DNA of 64,000 bases from Escherichia coli (GCF_044647545.1 NZ_CP172818.1), one strand, 5' to 3'; shown: positions 14,805 to 28,809, counted from the stretch's first letter. Notes: generated by a model from the letters alone, not told the origin. Numbers and translations: made by a program.

Positions 14805-15062
14805 CATTTTCATCCCTTTACACGCAATCAACGCAGTGTACTGCACCGTTTGCCGATTGTCCTTGCGCAATCGGCGGGAAAAATATTCAGGTGACCGGTT
14901 TCACAAATATAAAAAATGAACAATTAACTCTCTTGCTTATTTAGTGACAACTATTCATGATTTTGTGAAACCGGTTTCCTAATTCCGTTTCAGCATCGGC
15001 ATTTTCCGTCACGTCGACTGATAACAACTACATCTACCCTACTGATAACAGGATAAAATCCG

Positions 15063-17953
<2,891 letters not shown>

Positions 17954-17980
17954 GCAACTACCGTCGCACGAACCAGGAAA

Positions 17981-18005
17981 GCCCGATAAGCGTAGCGCAT
18001 CGGGC
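17981..18005. repeat. REP-like palindromic element downstream of ascB
   Basis: gcccgataagcgtagcgcatcgggc inverted repeat, REP-like. Confidence 0.45.
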
Positions 18006-18124
18006 AATCTGGGGTTTGGCATCAGAAAAAAAAAGCTGGTGGCCTGTGCAGGCAGCACTAAGCTCAATAAAAAAGCGCACATCCCTGTTCTGATGTTCAA
18101 TTCCCTGAATTCCTTACTGAAAAA

Positions 18125-18595
18125 CTACTCTTCTTCCACCGCTAACTGCGCGAAGCCGCCGTTCCCTTCCCAGCCTTCCAGACGTTGATAAACGGTTTCC
18201 ACCGCATCTTTAATCGGCTGGGTCATCGGGTAGTAAAAGCCGACGATATCCGGCTGGATGCCGAGGAAAATCACTTCGCCAATGTCTTCTTTCAACTGGT
18301 CGATAAGGTAGTTCAGCGGCATGTTATGGGTAGTCATCATAAACATCTCGGCGATATCATCCGGGTCGATGATGCGGATTTCGCCGGGGTTTAGCCCCAT
18401 ATCCGTGGCGTCAACAATCAGCAGTCGTGTAGGGCGCAGTTCACGGATAGCGACGATGTCGTTTTCCGGTGCGCTACCGCCGTCAATCACCACCCAGTTA
18501 CCTTTCGGTGCGGCGGCGCACTTTTCCGCCAGCAGCGGACCTGCGCCATCATCGCCCATCATGCTATTGCCAACACAGAGTAAAACGTCAGTCAC
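18125..18595 (-). CDS. hycI: hydrogenase 3 large-subunit maturation endopeptidase
   Basis: 156 aa [26 protein letters not shown], HybD/HycI protease family. Confidence 0.9.
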   Translation of the reverse strand: MTDVLLCVGNSMMGDDGAGPLLAEKCAAAPKGNWVVIDGGSAPENDIVAIRELRPTRLLIVDATDMGLNPGEIRIIDPDDIAEMFMMTTHNMPLNYLIDQLKEDIGEVIFLGIQPDIVGFYYPMTQPIKDAVETVYQRLEGWEGNGGFAQLAVEEE

Positions 18596-18998
18596 GCAGT
18601 CTCCTCACCATCAAATAGATGGCGTTTTCCTGATGAATATCATGCAGCATACTTAACAGCATTGTACTCCATTCTTTCTGCTGCGAAGTTTGCGCTGCCC
18701 GGGCTTTATCGAATGCGTTGGCCAGCATCGGCACATGGTTAATGTCGATGACGATCTCACCATATTTCGGCACGCCTTCCATTTTGCGGCGGGCTTCGCT
18801 GCCCGCCTCCAGAGTGGCAATCCATGCCAGATAGTCATCCCACGGGCAGGTAAGTGCCGCTTCCAGGCAATCGATAACCCCAAGGTGGTGACCAATCGCC
18901 AGGCTGTAATAGACCACCTGCTGCGCCTCGGCGGGCGTGGCATCGTTCTCATCAATAAATTTACGGCTCAGTTGACTGAACACCACCTTTTCAATCAT
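18588..18998 (-). CDS. hycH: formate hydrogenlyase maturation protein
   Basis: 136 aa ORF in conserved position, overlaps hycI by 8 bp. Confidence 0.88.
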   Translation of the reverse strand: MIEKVVFSQLSRKFIDENDATPAEAQQVVYYSLAIGHHLGVIDCLEAALTCPWDDYLAWIATLEAGSEARRKMEGVPKYGEIVIDINHVPMLANAFDKARAAQTSQQKEWSTMLLSMLHDIHQENAIYLMVRRLRD

Positions 18999-19762
18999 CG
19001 GATACGCGCCTCTTCAACAACATGATTCAGATGGCTGACAATCTCGTTCAGACGCGGATCGTTTTCCGCTTCCAGCCAGCGTGCAACCTGTTCTTCGCCC
19101 TGCCCTAACTGTGTCAGGAAGTCATCGGCAATCTGACGACCGTAACGATAACCCGCCAGGCGGCGTGCTTCGCGATCCACTTTCACGCGCAGCGGCTGCA
19201 CCATATCGCCATGAAGGATTTCCGCCGGTTGTTCATCCTGCTCACCCGGGCCACGGGCGTGAATTTTCTGCTCCAGCAGGCCGAGCGCCATTGCAAAGCC
19301 GTACAGCGTGGCGGCTGGCGTTGGCGGGCACCCCGGAATGTAGACATCCACCGGGACGATTTTATCCGTACCGCCCCACACGCAGTAGAGATCGTGGAAA
19401 ATGCCACCGCTGTTACCGCAGGCACCGTAGGAGATACAGATTTTCGGGTCCGGCGCGGACTGCCACGCACGCAGCGCAGGGGATCGCATTGCACGGGTGA
19501 CCGCGCCGGTAAACAGTAAAATATCCGCATGACGCGGTGAAGGAACGACTTTAATGCCGAAGCGTTCTGCATCAAACAGCGGCGAAAGCGTGGCGAAAAT
19601 TTCGATTTCGCAGCCGTTGCAGCCGCCGCAGTCCACGCGGTAAACGTAGGCAGAACGTTTGATTTTTTTCAGTAACGACGCCTTCATGCTGGCGATGGAT
19701 TCATCCACCGTCATCGGGACCGGAATGCCGTTGGCGTCACGGGGGCCTAATAAATTGCTCAT
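18995..19762 (-). CDS. hycG: hydrogenase 3 small subunit (NuoB-like)
   Basis: 255 aa ORF with Cys-rich NuoB/PsbG-type Fe-S motifs ([12 protein letters not shown]). Confidence 0.9.
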   Translation of the reverse strand: MSNLLGPRDANGIPVPMTVDESIASMKASLLKKIKRSAYVYRVDCGGCNGCEIEIFATLSPLFDAERFGIKVVPSPRHADILLFTGAVTRAMRSPALRAWQSAPDPKICISYGACGNSGGIFHDLYCVWGGTDKIVPVDVYIPGCPPTPAATLYGFAMALGLLEQKIHARGPGEQDEQPAEILHGDMVQPLRVKVDREARRLAGYRYGRQIADDFLTQLGQGEEQVARWLEAENDPRLNEIVSHLNHVVEEARIR

Positions 19763-20304
19763 CAGATGGCCTCTTTCATATGGCGAGTCAGTTCAATACG
19801 GTCGGACGGCACCAGGCATTTCTGGCGCTTACATTCCGGGCAAGTCTCAAAGCTTTCGCGGTGGTTTTCCGCGCGGCTGTCGCCGTTGTGCTTAAGCAGC
19901 GCAATGGCGTAGTCGATCTCTTTCTGGACGGCGAAAGGACGATTGCAGACGCGGCAGTTGCACAGCGCGAAGCGGGACTGTTGCAGGAAGTCTTCTTTCT
20001 TCCACACCGCCAGTTCGTATTCTTGCGACAGCTTAATCGCCGCCGTCGGACAGACTTCTTCACAGCGTCCACAGAAGATGCAGCGCCCGAGATTGAACTG
20101 CCACGCCAGCTCTCCTGTGGCGAGGTCAGTTTCAACCGTTAAGGCGTTTGACGGGCAGGCATTGACGCAGGCCGCACAGCCGATGCACTGCTGCGGGTTC
20201 TGCTCTGGCTTACCACGGAAGTTTTTATCAACCGCAATCGGCTCCAGCGGATAAGACGAGGTCGCCGTGCCGGTTTTGATAACTTTTTTGATAAAGGTAA
20301 ACAT
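19762..20304 (-). CDS. hycF: formate hydrogenlyase 4Fe-4S subunit
   Basis: 180 aa ORF with two CxxCxxCxxxCP motifs. Confidence 0.9.
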   Translation of the reverse strand: MFTFIKKVIKTGTATSSYPLEPIAVDKNFRGKPEQNPQQCIGCAACVNACPSNALTVETDLATGELAWQFNLGRCIFCGRCEEVCPTAAIKLSQEYELAVWKKEDFLQQSRFALCNCRVCNRPFAVQKEIDYAIALLKHNGDSRAENHRESFETCPECKRQKCLVPSDRIELTRHMKEAI

Positions 20305-20313
20305 GGCGACTCC

Positions 20314-22023
20314 TTATTTCAGCGGCGAGTTTTTACGCTCAATGCTGTAGCGCTCGAGTTCTTTGTACGGCACCACTTTGCTCTTCTTCTTACGTACATC
20401 GACCACGGTCATGCGGTCGGTACAGGAGTAGCAAGGGTCCAGGCTACCGATAATCAACGGCGCATCGGAAACGGTGTTGCCGCGCAGCATGTAGCGCAGG
20501 GTCGGCCAGTTTGCGTAGGTCGCCGCACGGCAGCGCCAGCGGTACAGCTTCTGGTTGTCGCCGGTCATGCTCCAGTGGATATCGTCGCCGCGCGGCGCTT
20601 CGGCAAAGCCCAGCGCGAAACGGTGCGGAATGTAGGTAAAGCCTTCCACCATCAGCGGGCCGCCCGGCAGGTTATCCAGACCGTAATCGATCATATTCAG
20701 CGCGGTATAGACTTCGTTGATACGCACTTTCAGACGGGAAATAACGTCGCAGCCCTGCTCGCTGTGGACTTCCATTGGCAGCAGGCCATAACCAACAAAC
20801 GGGTGATCGGCACGGGTATCACGGGCGTGACCGCTGGCACGGACCATCGGGCCAACGTTACTGAAGTCGCGAGCGATTTCCGGGTCCAGACGACCAATAC
20901 CGACGGTGCGTTGTTCCATGTTCGGTGTGCTCAGCAGCACATCCACCAGCTCCTGCACTTCACGACGCATCTGTTGTGCCAGCTGGCGGGTCTGGATCAT
21001 GTCGTCTTTCAGCAGATCGCGACGAATCCCGCCGATCAGGTTCAGGCCGTAGGTTTTACGTGCACCGGTAAGGATCTCTGCCATTTTCATGGAGGTTTCA
21101 CGCACGCGGAAGAACTGCATAAAGCCGGAGTCGAAGCCGGTAAAGTGACAGGCGAGGCCGAGGTTGAGCAGATGCGAGTGCAGGCGTTCTACCTCCAGCA
21201 GAATGGCGCGGATCATCTGCGCACGTTCTGGCACCTGAATACCCATCGCGTTTTCCACCGACGTGGTGTAGGCGGTGCTGTGAGCAAAGCCGCAGATCCC
21301 GCACACACGGTCAGAGAGGAAGGTCACTTCGTTGTAACCCATGCGGGTTTCCGCCAGTTTTTCCATGCCGCGATGGACATAGAACAGGCGGTAGTCGGCG
21401 TCGATAATGTTTTCGCCATCGACGAACAGACGGAAGTGGCCCGGTTCGTCAGAAGTGACGTGCAGCGGACCAATCGGCACGACATTGTTTTTCTTGTCGC
21501 CCAGTTCGTTGATGAACTCGTAGGTTTCAGCATCGGTAGTCGGTGCCGGACGCTGACGATAATCCATGCTGTCTTTACGCAGCGGATAAAGTTCATCCGG
21601 CCAGTCATCCGGCAGCACCAGACGACGTTCATCCGGAAGCCCTACCGGAATCAAACCGTACATATCGCGCACTTCGCGCTCGCCCCACACCGCCGCCGGA
21701 ACGCGCGGTGTCACGGACGGATATTCCGGTTTGTTGGCGTCAACTTCGACGCGCACGGTTATCCAGCATTTGGTGCCCTTCTCCATCGACAGCACGTAGT
21801 AAACGGCGTAATGACCATTCAGTTTGCGTTCGTCGTTACCAAACAGCACCGACAGCCAGCCACCCTGCTTGTAATAGAGAAACTCCACCACTTCCGGCAG
21901 GTAGTTTACCTTCACGGTCACGGTCAGCTGATCTTTGGTCTGCCAGGCGTGGTCCAGCACGACGCCCGGAAATGCCTCATTCAGCGCGGCGAGATAATGT
22001 TGACCTAATTTTTCTTCAGACAT
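20314..22023 (-). CDS. hycE: hydrogenase 3 [NiFe] large subunit
   Basis: ORF 20314..22044 trimmed to MSEEKLGQHYL; NuoC/NuoD fusion-like large subunit, C-terminal extension removed by HycI. Confidence 0.9.
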   Translation of the reverse strand: MSEEKLGQHYLAALNEAFPGVVLDHAWQTKDQLTVTVKVNYLPEVVEFLYYKQGGWLSVLFGNDERKLNGHYAVYYVLSMEKGTKCWITVRVEVDANKPEYPSVTPRVPAAVWGEREVRDMYGLIPVGLPDERRLVLPDDWPDELYPLRKDSMDYRQRPAPTTDAETYEFINELGDKKNNVVPIGPLHVTSDEPGHFRLFVDGENIIDADYRLFYVHRGMEKLAETRMGYNEVTFLSDRVCGICGFAHSTAYTTSVENAMGIQVPERAQMIRAILLEVERLHSHLLNLGLACHFTGFDSGFMQFFRVRETSMKMAEILTGARKTYGLNLIGGIRRDLLKDDMIQTRQLAQQMRREVQELVDVLLSTPNMEQRTVGIGRLDPEIARDFSNVGPMVRASGHARDTRADHPFVGYGLLPMEVHSEQGCDVISRLKVRINEVYTALNMIDYGLDNLPGGPLMVEGFTYIPHRFALGFAEAPRGDDIHWSMTGDNQKLYRWRCRAATYANWPTLRYMLRGNTVSDAPLIIGSLDPCYSCTDRMTVVDVRKKKSKVVPYKELERYSIERKNSPLK

Positions 22024-22040
22024 GCTCAAACTCTCTTTAA

Positions 22041-22964
22041 TCACGCCGCCAGCAAGGAGACGAACGCTAAAAATGCAAAGCCAAACCCAGCCCAGGTAAT
22101 GCGCGGAGTAATATCAAGACGCAGACGGGCCATGCTGTTTTCGAACAGCGCGATAACCAGTACGCCGACCACCAGTTTGACGATGGCAATCACCAGTGCC
22201 AGCAGCAGCCCACCGACGGTGAAGGTTTCCATTTGTCCCCACGGAATAAACACCCCGACGAACATCTGCAACACCACCAGCTGTTTCAGGCTGATGCCCC
22301 ATTTCATGACGCCAAAACCGCTGCCGCTGTACTCAGAGAGCGGACCTTCCTGCAACTCCTGCTCGGCTTCCGCCAGGTCGAACGGCAGTTTGCCCATTTC
22401 GATAAAAGTGGCGAACGCACAGGCACAAAGCGCCAGCACCAGCGGGATGCTCTGGCTCAGTGGCCAGTGATAAACGGTGTCGGTGATGTTGCTGATGTTG
22501 GTGGAACCGGCAACCTGTGCGGCGACCCACAGACCAAGCAGCAGCATCGGTTCAACCAACACGCCAAGCATCGCTTCACGGCTCGCGCCGATAGCGGTAA
22601 ACGGGCTACCGGTATCCAGACCAGAAATGGCAAAGAAGAAACGCGCGATGGCGAAGAGATACAGTAAGGTGATCAAATCGCCCAGTTGCGGCAGCGGAGA
22701 ACCCACGGTCACCACCGGCAGCGCAGTGGCGATAGTCAGCATGACGCCCACCATCACATACGGCGTCAGGCGGAACACCCAGCCGGAGGCATCCGGGCCA
22801 ACGCTCTGGCGACCCAGCAGTTTGATAATGTCGCGATACTCCTGCAACACGCCCGGCCCGCGACGGTTATGCAAGCGGGCGCGCGCCACGCGGGTTATAC
22901 CGGAGAGCAGCGGCGCAACGGCAAATAACACCAGCGCCTGAATTAACGGATATAAAACACTCAT
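22041..22964 (-). CDS. hycD: formate hydrogenlyase membrane subunit (NuoH-like)
   Basis: 307 aa polytopic ORF. Confidence 0.9.
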   Translation of the reverse strand: MSVLYPLIQALVLFAVAPLLSGITRVARARLHNRRGPGVLQEYRDIIKLLGRQSVGPDASGWVFRLTPYVMVGVMLTIATALPVVTVGSPLPQLGDLITLLYLFAIARFFFAISGLDTGSPFTAIGASREAMLGVLVEPMLLLGLWVAAQVAGSTNISNITDTVYHWPLSQSIPLVLALCACAFATFIEMGKLPFDLAEAEQELQEGPLSEYSGSGFGVMKWGISLKQLVVLQMFVGVFIPWGQMETFTVGGLLLALVIAIVKLVVGVLVIALFENSMARLRLDITPRITWAGFGFAFLAFVSLLAA

Positions 22965-22966
22965 TC

Positions 22967-24793
22967 TCAGGCTCCTCGTGAAACAATAATCACCACCAGC
23001 ACCGCCAGTTCAACCAGCGCCATCCGGCGGAACAGCAACGCACTCCCCTCGCACTGCCAGCCCGGCACCAGCGACACCGGATTCAGCCATTTGCGTAGTT
23101 TCAGCACCGGCGCAAACGCCTGTTTCACCGGCATGGCAAAACCGTGAGCGGTAATCACCATTGATTTTTCATGATCGTAGCCGCACACCCAGGCCGCGCC
23201 GCGGGAACGCGACGGCAAACGATCGCCTTTGCAAATCGCCATAATGATGAATGGCAGCAGCGGGCAGGCAATCAGCAGCAACGTGATCATGGGTTGAGAA
23301 ACGGTGGTGTTAGCAGGCTCCAGCGGCAGAGGTACAGCAGCAGAGAGCATCGGCAGTAGCCACGGCGCAGCAACACCGCCAATTACGCAGCAAATCGCCA
23401 GTGCCACTACGCTTACGCTCATCAGGAGCGGCGCACAGGTGGCGTTTTCGGCCTCTTTGGTACGCGGCGCGCCGAGGAAAGTAACGCCATAAACTTTCGC
23501 CATACACATCACCGCCAGCGCACCGGTAATTGCCAGCCCCACGGCAAGCAGCGGCCCGAGAAGACGGGCAACAAACGCGCCACTATTGCTCAGTTTGAAG
23601 AAGGATTGATAGATAACCCATTCCCCGGCAAACCCGTTCAGCGGCGGCAGCGCAGCCATTGCCATCAGCCCGACTAACATGGCGATGGAGATAACCGGCA
23701 TTTTCTTGCCAATACCACCGAGTTTTTCGATATCGCGATGACCGGTACGGAACCAGACGCTCCCCGCCCCGAGGAAAAGCACGCTTTTGAACAGGCTATG
23801 GTTAAGCAGATGGTACAGACCACCAACCAGACCAAGGGCAATCAGCGCCGGTTGTTCGAGCGCGATACCCGTTACGCCAGCGCCCAGCCCCAGCAGGATA
23901 ATGCCGATATTTTCCAGGGTGTGGTAAGCCAGCAGGCGCTGGATGTTATGCTCCATCAGCGCATACAGACCACCGACGAACGCGGTGATCATACCGAGCA
24001 CCAGCAGCGCGATCCCCCACCACAGCGGTGCGTTACCGCCCAGCAGTGACAGGGTTAAAATGCCCAGCAGGCCAATTTTCATGACTACCGTAGAAAACAA
24101 CGCGGCAGCTGGCGCAGAGGCGTTAGCATGTGCCTGCGGCACCCAGCCGTGCAGCGGAATAATCCCTGCCAGCAGACCAAAGCCAATCACACCGAGCAGC
24201 CAGATATCGGAACCGAGCGGCAGCTGTTGCATACGCATATCCAGCAGGCGCAGATCCAGCGTGCCGTAACGCTGCCACAGCAGCCAGCAAGCAATCGCCA
24301 GCAGCAGAGTGCCAAGACGTCCCAGAGCAAACCACAGTTTGCCCTCTTTGCTGTTGCTGGTGAGGAACACCGCACACAGGGCCATGATTTCGGCCATTAC
24401 CACGAACATGCCGAGGTTGCTGGCGATGACGGCACAGACGGCGGCAGCCATCAACATATTGATCTGCAAGCCGTTGCACTTCACCTGCGCGTGGCGATGC
24501 CAGTCAATGTTGTAGAGGCTGATAAACAGACCGCACAGACCGAGCGTAATCAGCCAAATCGCGTTAAGCGGAGAGATTTGCACATCGTAGCTTACCAGCG
24601 ACAGCGCACCGCTCACGCCAACCGCGCCAGTCAGCACTGTGAAGCCCGCGGCTGCCGTATACAGGCCACCCACCGCGCCGCCAATTCCGGCTATCCAGCC
24701 GCTTAGCGCCTTTTGAAAAGAAAAGAGAAATGCCAGAACAGCGGCGGCGACAAACCACGCCACGCCGCTATTGATCAGGGAAATTGCGCTCAT
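22967..24793 (-). CDS. hycC: formate hydrogenlyase membrane subunit (NuoL/antiporter-like)
   Basis: 608 aa polytopic ORF. Confidence 0.9.
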   Translation of the reverse strand: MSAISLINSGVAWFVAAAVLAFLFSFQKALSGWIAGIGGAVGGLYTAAAGFTVLTGAVGVSGALSLVSYDVQISPLNAIWLITLGLCGLFISLYNIDWHRHAQVKCNGLQINMLMAAAVCAVIASNLGMFVVMAEIMALCAVFLTSNSKEGKLWFALGRLGTLLLAIACWLLWQRYGTLDLRLLDMRMQQLPLGSDIWLLGVIGFGLLAGIIPLHGWVPQAHANASAPAAALFSTVVMKIGLLGILTLSLLGGNAPLWWGIALLVLGMITAFVGGLYALMEHNIQRLLAYHTLENIGIILLGLGAGVTGIALEQPALIALGLVGGLYHLLNHSLFKSVLFLGAGSVWFRTGHRDIEKLGGIGKKMPVISIAMLVGLMAMAALPPLNGFAGEWVIYQSFFKLSNSGAFVARLLGPLLAVGLAITGALAVMCMAKVYGVTFLGAPRTKEAENATCAPLLMSVSVVALAICCVIGGVAAPWLLPMLSAAVPLPLEPANTTVSQPMITLLLIACPLLPFIIMAICKGDRLPSRSRGAAWVCGYDHEKSMVITAHGFAMPVKQAFAPVLKLRKWLNPVSLVPGWQCEGSALLFRRMALVELAVLVVIIVSRGA

Positions 24794-25401
24794 TTAGCCT
24801 CTCCACTTTGAGCCTGCTGAAACAAGGTGAGATCGCCAAAGTCCGTGTTAAAAGTCAGCTCACGCTTACGTTTGCTGACGCGGGCGATATCGGTGTTATC
24901 CACCAGATGCAGGGCTTTAGTCGGGCACATCCGCACGCAGGCCGGACCTTGTTCATCAAAACTACAAAGGTCACATTTGACGGCGATCGCGCGAATACCT
25001 GGCACCCAGTCAAGCAATGTGCTGACACGCGCCGGAGCAGGCGGTGCCGGTGGCGCTTTCGGGGTATTGGCGTTTGCCGGAATATCCAGCGGACGGCTGC
25101 CGGAAAATTCAATTGCGCCAAACGGGCAGGCGATGCCGCACAGTTTGCAGCTTACGCACAGACTTTCATTCAACTGCACGGCCCCATCAACGCGGGTGAT
25201 GGCGTTAACCGGGCAAACCACCGCACAGGGCGCATCTTCACAGTGGTGACAGAGCTGCGGCGCAGATTCTTTTTCATTGAGCATCACTCGCAGGCGCGGC
25301 ATTGATTGCAGGCCGTGCTGGCGATGCGTCTCTGAACAGGCGGCCTCACAGGTGTGGCAGCCGATACAGAGCGTGGAGTCAGCAATTACAAAACGATTCA
25401 C
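24790..25401 (-). CDS. hycB: formate hydrogenlyase 4Fe-4S ferredoxin subunit
   Basis: 203 aa ORF with four Cys clusters (CIGCHTCEAAC etc). Confidence 0.9.
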   Translation of the reverse strand: MNRFVIADSTLCIGCHTCEAACSETHRQHGLQSMPRLRVMLNEKESAPQLCHHCEDAPCAVVCPVNAITRVDGAVQLNESLCVSCKLCGIACPFGAIEFSGSRPLDIPANANTPKAPPAPPAPARVSTLLDWVPGIRAIAVKCDLCSFDEQGPACVRMCPTKALHLVDNTDIARVSKRKRELTFNTDFGDLTLFQQAQSGEAK

Positions 25402-25420
25402 CAGGCATTCCTCAGGTGAT

Positions 25421-25475
25421 TGTCATTTTTGACGAAAACATGCCGATGAAATGTCATTTTCGACACTCATCGACA
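25421..25475. promoter_or_regulatory. tandem tgtcattttt-gacg / tgtcattttcgaca-ctcatcgaca motifs in hycB-hycA intergenic region, candidate FhlA site
   Basis: motif read in sequence; an FhlA site between hycA and hycB is described for E. coli (established). Confidence 0.5.
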
Positions 25476-25525
25476 CGCCCATCCCCAAACAGGCGTAACG
25501 CCTGCAAAACGGGCAAAGCCTCAGC

Positions 25526-25987
25526 TCATGCTGCCGGGCTTTGTCCCTTTACCAGTTGGCTTAAATTCACCGGCACATTGTTTTCAATGGCGGTGTATAA
25601 GCTGTCGTAAACGCCAGCGATTTTTTCGAGATAGTGTTCCAGAACCTGTTCGCGATCGCGGATGTTGACCTTGCCATCAATCATGCCGTCAATGCTCAGT
25701 TGCGCCTGCGCAATCCGCTGTTTGTCTTCACCCTCTTTCGTTTCGACGTAATACTCGATGGTGTGGCTGTTAAAGCCATCCGCCAGGGTGACGTAAATAC
25801 GAAAATGTTCAAAAAGGACGAAACAGAGTTCTTTGTCCGGCGCGCAGCTCATGGCGTGATGCAGGCGCGCTTTCGATAACGTGATCCCCTGAACCAGCGA
25901 ATTGCAGTAGATGTGCCACTGGTCCTGTAGGCGACGATGCCGCTGTGCGATGTAATCGGCTTTCTCGCTTATTTCCCAAATAGTCAT
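25526..25987 (-). CDS. hycA: formate hydrogenlyase regulatory protein (anti-activator)
   Basis: 153 aa ORF MTIWEISEKADYIAQRHRRLQDQW, first gene of hyc operon. Confidence 0.9.
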   Translation of the reverse strand: MTIWEISEKADYIAQRHRRLQDQWHIYCNSLVQGITLSKARLHHAMSCAPDKELCFVLFEHFRIYVTLADGFNSHTIEYYVETKEGEDKQRIAQAQLSIDGMIDGKVNIRDREQVLEHYLEKIAGVYDSLYTAIENNVPVNLSQLVKGQSPAA

Positions 25988-26023
25988 TGTCAGGTTACCC
26001 GTTTAACAGAGATGCCAGCTTTA

Positions 26024-26039
26024 AGCATTTTTTATGCCA
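26024..26039 (-). promoter_or_regulatory. sigma54 -24/-12 promoter of hyc operon
   Basis: minus-strand TGGCAT-aaaaa-ATGCT about 40 bp upstream of hycA start. Confidence 0.6.
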
Positions 26040-26094
26040 ACTTTTAATTCATTGTTATTAAAACGATTTTTAAGCTAAAGATGAATTTCGTCGC

Positions 26095-26127
26095 CGTGTC
26101 GACGTGTCATTTCGACATCATCGACAT
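26095..26127. promoter_or_regulatory. gtgtcgacgtgtcatttcgacatcatcgaca: shared FhlA UAS candidate for divergent hyc and hyp promoters
   Basis: same TGTCATTTCGACA-type motif as 25421-25475 and 13753-13780. Confidence 0.55.
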
Positions 26128-26152
26128 TATTCACCGCAGGGATAATCAACAC

Positions 26153-26168
26153 TGGCACAATTATTGCT
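26153..26168 (+). promoter_or_regulatory. sigma54 -24/-12 promoter of hyp operon
   Basis: TGGCAC-aatta-TTGCT 31 bp upstream of hypA ATG. Confidence 0.7.
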
Positions 26169-26198
26169 TGTAGCTGGCAATAGTTAATGGGAGGCGAT

Positions 26199-26549
26199 AT
26201 GCACGAAATAACCCTCTGCCAACGGGCACTGGAATTGATCGAACAGCAGGCCGCAAAACACGGCGCAAAACGCGTAACTGGGGTCTGGCTCAAAATTGGC
26301 GCATTTTCTTGTGTCGAAACCAGCTCTCTTGCCTTTTGTTTTGATCTGGTTTGCCGCGGCAGCGTGGCGGAAGGTTGTAAACTGCACCTCGAAGAACAAG
26401 AGGCCGAATGCTGGTGTGAAACATGCCAACAGTATGTGACGCTACTGACCCAGCGCGTCCGCCGCTGTCCACAGTGTCATGGCGACATGCTACAAATTGT
26501 GGCAGACGACGGTTTACAGATTCGGCGGATAGAAATAGACCAGGAGTGA
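26199..26549 (+). CDS. hypA: hydrogenase nickel incorporation protein HypA
   Basis: ORF trimmed to MHEITLCQRALELIEQ; C-terminal zinc motif CxxC-x12-CxxC. Confidence 0.9.
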   Translation: MHEITLCQRALELIEQQAAKHGAKRVTGVWLKIGAFSCVETSSLAFCFDLVCRGSVAEGCKLHLEEQEAECWCETCQQYVTLLTQRVRRCPQCHGDMLQIVADDGLQIRRIEIDQE

Positions 26550-26552
26550 GCG

Positions 26553-27425
26553 ATGTGTACAACATGCGGTTGCGGTGAAGGCAACCTGTATATCGAGGGT
26601 GATGAACATAACCCTCATTCCGCGTTTCGTAGCGCGCCATTTGCCCCGGCGGCACGCCCGAAGATGAAAATCACCGGCATTAAAACGCCTGAATTTACCC
26701 CCAGCCAGACTGAAGAAGGCGACCTGCATTACGGTCATGGCGAAGCGGGCACTCACGCGCCGGGCATGAGCCAGCGTCGGATGCTGGAAGTCGAAATTGA
26801 CGTGCTGGACAAAAATAACCGTCTGGCTGAACGCAACCGCGCGCGCTTTGCTGCCCGCAAGCAACTGGTGCTCAACCTGGTTTCCAGCCCTGGTTCCGGT
26901 AAAACCACCCTGCTGACGGAAACCTTAATGCGCCTGAAAGACAGCGTTCCGTGCGCGGTTATTGAAGGCGATCAGCAAACCGTGAACGATGCCGCACGCA
27001 TTCGTGCTACCGGCACACCAGCGATTCAGGTGAATACCGGTAAAGGCTGCCATCTCGACGCTCAGATGATTGCCGACGCCGCACCGCGCCTGCCACTGGA
27101 CGATAACGGTATTCTGTTTATCGAAAACGTTGGCAACCTGGTATGCCCGGCCAGCTTCGATCTCGGTGAAAAACACAAAGTGGCGGTGCTTTCCGTTACC
27201 GAAGGTGAAGACAAACCGCTGAAATATCCGCACATGTTTGCCGCCGCCTCGCTGATGCTGCTCAACAAAGTTGACTTGCTGCCGTATCTCAATTTCGACG
27301 TTGAGAAGTGCATCGCCTGCGCCCGTGAAGTCAATCCAGAAATTGAAATCATCCTTATTTCCGCCACCAGCGGCGAAGGGATGGACCAGTGGCTGAACTG
27401 GCTGGAGACACAGCGATGTGCATAG
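26553..27425 (+). CDS. hypB: hydrogenase nickel-binding GTPase HypB
   Basis: 290 aa ORF; N-terminal [10 protein letters not shown] metal site, P-loop GSGKTTL. Confidence 0.9.
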   Translation: MCTTCGCGEGNLYIEGDEHNPHSAFRSAPFAPAARPKMKITGIKTPEFTPSQTEEGDLHYGHGEAGTHAPGMSQRRMLEVEIDVLDKNNRLAERNRARFAARKQLVLNLVSSPGSGKTTLLTETLMRLKDSVPCAVIEGDQQTVNDAARIRATGTPAIQVNTGKGCHLDAQMIADAAPRLPLDDNGILFIENVGNLVCPASFDLGEKHKVAVLSVTEGEDKPLKYPHMFAAASLMLLNKVDLLPYLNFDVEKCIACAREVNPEIEIILISATSGEGMDQWLNWLETQRCA

Positions 27426-27688
27426 GCGTTCCCGGCCAGATCCGCACCATTGACGGCAACCAGGCGAAAGTCGACGTCTGCGGCATTCAGCGCGATGTCG
27501 ATTTAACGTTAGTCGGCAGCTACGATGAAAACGGTCAGCCACGCGTAGGCCAGTGGGTACTGGTTCACGTTGGCTTTGCCATGAGCGTAATTAATGAAGC
27601 CGAAGCGCGCGACACTCTCGACGCCTTACAAAACATGTTTGACGTTGAGCCGGATGTCGGTGCGCTGTTGTATGGCGAGGAAAAATAA
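27416..27688 (+). CDS. hypC: hydrogenase maturation chaperone HypC
   Basis: ORF trimmed to [15 protein letters not shown] (conserved N-terminal Cys2); 90 aa. Confidence 0.88.
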   Translation: MCIGVPGQIRTIDGNQAKVDVCGIQRDVDLTLVGSYDENGQPRVGQWVLVHVGFAMSVINEAEARDTLDALQNMFDVEPDVGALLYGEEK

Positions 27689-28809
27689 TGCGTTTTGTTG
27701 ATGAATATCGCGCGCCGGAACAGGTGATGCAGTTAATTGAGCATCTGCGCGAACGTGCTTCACATCTCTCTTACACCGCCGAACGCCCTCTGCGGATTAT
27801 GGAAGTGTGTGGCGGTCATACCCACGCCATTTTTAAATTCGGCCTCGACCAGTTGCTGCCGGAAAACGTTGAGTTTATCCACGGTCCCGGTTGCCCGGTG
27901 TGTGTACTGCCGATGGGTAGAATCGACACCTGCGTGGAGATTGCCAGCCATCCGGAAGTCATCTTCTGTACCTTTGGCGACGCCATGCGCGTACCAGGGA
28001 AACAGGGTTCGCTGTTACAGGCAAAAGCGCGCGGTGCCGATGTGCGCATCGTTTACTCGCCGATGGATGCGTTGAAACTGGCGCAGGAGAATCCAACCCG
28101 CAAAGTGGTGTTCTTCGGCTTAGGTTTTGAAACCACCATGCCGACCACCGCCATCACTCTGCAACAGGCAAAAGCCCGCGATGTGCAGAATTTTTACTTC
28201 TTCTGCCAGCACATTACGCTCATCCCAACACTGCGCAGTTTGCTGGAACAGCCGGATAACGGTATCGACGCGTTCCTCGCGCCCGGCCACGTCAGTATGG
28301 TGATTGGCACTGATGCCTATAATTTTATCGCCAGCGATTTTCATCGTCCGCTGGTGGTGGCTGGTTTCGAACCGCTTGATCTACTGCAAGGCGTGGTCAT
28401 GCTGGTGGAGCAGAAAATAGCGGCCCACAGCAAGGTAGAGAATCAGTATCGTCGGGTGGTGCCGGATGCCGGTAACCTGCTGGCGCAACAGGCGATTGCC
28501 GATGTGTTCTGTGTCAACGGCGACAGCGAATGGCGCGGCTTAGGCGTGATTGAATCTTCTGGTGTACACCTGACGCCGGATTATCAACGATTCGATGCCG
28601 AAGCGCATTTCCGCCCGGCACCGCAGCAGGTCTGCGATGACCCGCGCGCACGTTGTGGAGAAGTATTAACGGGCAAATGTAAGCCGCATCAATGCCCGCT
28701 GTTTGGTAACACCTGTAATCCTCAAACCGCGTTTGGTGCGCTGATGGTTTCCTCCGAAGGAGCGTGCGCCGCGTGGTATCAGTATCGTCAGCAGGAGAGT
28801 GAAGCGTGA
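27688..28809 (+). CDS. hypD: hydrogenase maturation Fe-S protein HypD
   Basis: 373 aa ORF with CGxH, GPGCPVC and C-terminal CxxC-x-CPxxGxC motifs. Confidence 0.9.
   Translation: MRFVDEYRAPEQVMQLIEHLRERASHLSYTAERPLRIMEVCGGHTHAIFKFGLDQLLPENVEFIHGPGCPVCVLPMGRIDTCVEIASHPEVIFCTFGDAMRVPGKQGSLLQAKARGADVRIVYSPMDALKLAQENPTRKVVFFGLGFETTMPTTAITLQQAKARDVQNFYFFCQHITLIPTLRSLLEQPDNGIDAFLAPGHVSMVIGTDAYNFIASDFHRPLVVAGFEPLDLLQGVVMLVEQKIAAHSKVENQYRRVVPDAGNLLAQQAIADVFCVNGDSEWRGLGVIESSGVHLTPDYQRFDAEAHFRPAPQQVCDDPRARCGEVLTGKCKPHQCPLFGNTCNPQTAFGALMVSSEGACAAWYQYRQQESEA

Noticed and set aside
20575-22008. 477-aa ORF on the plus strand
   Set aside because: Lies entirely antisense to hycE; composition is His/Arg/Val/Gln-rich with no recognisable domain; typical antisense frame of a GC-rich gene.
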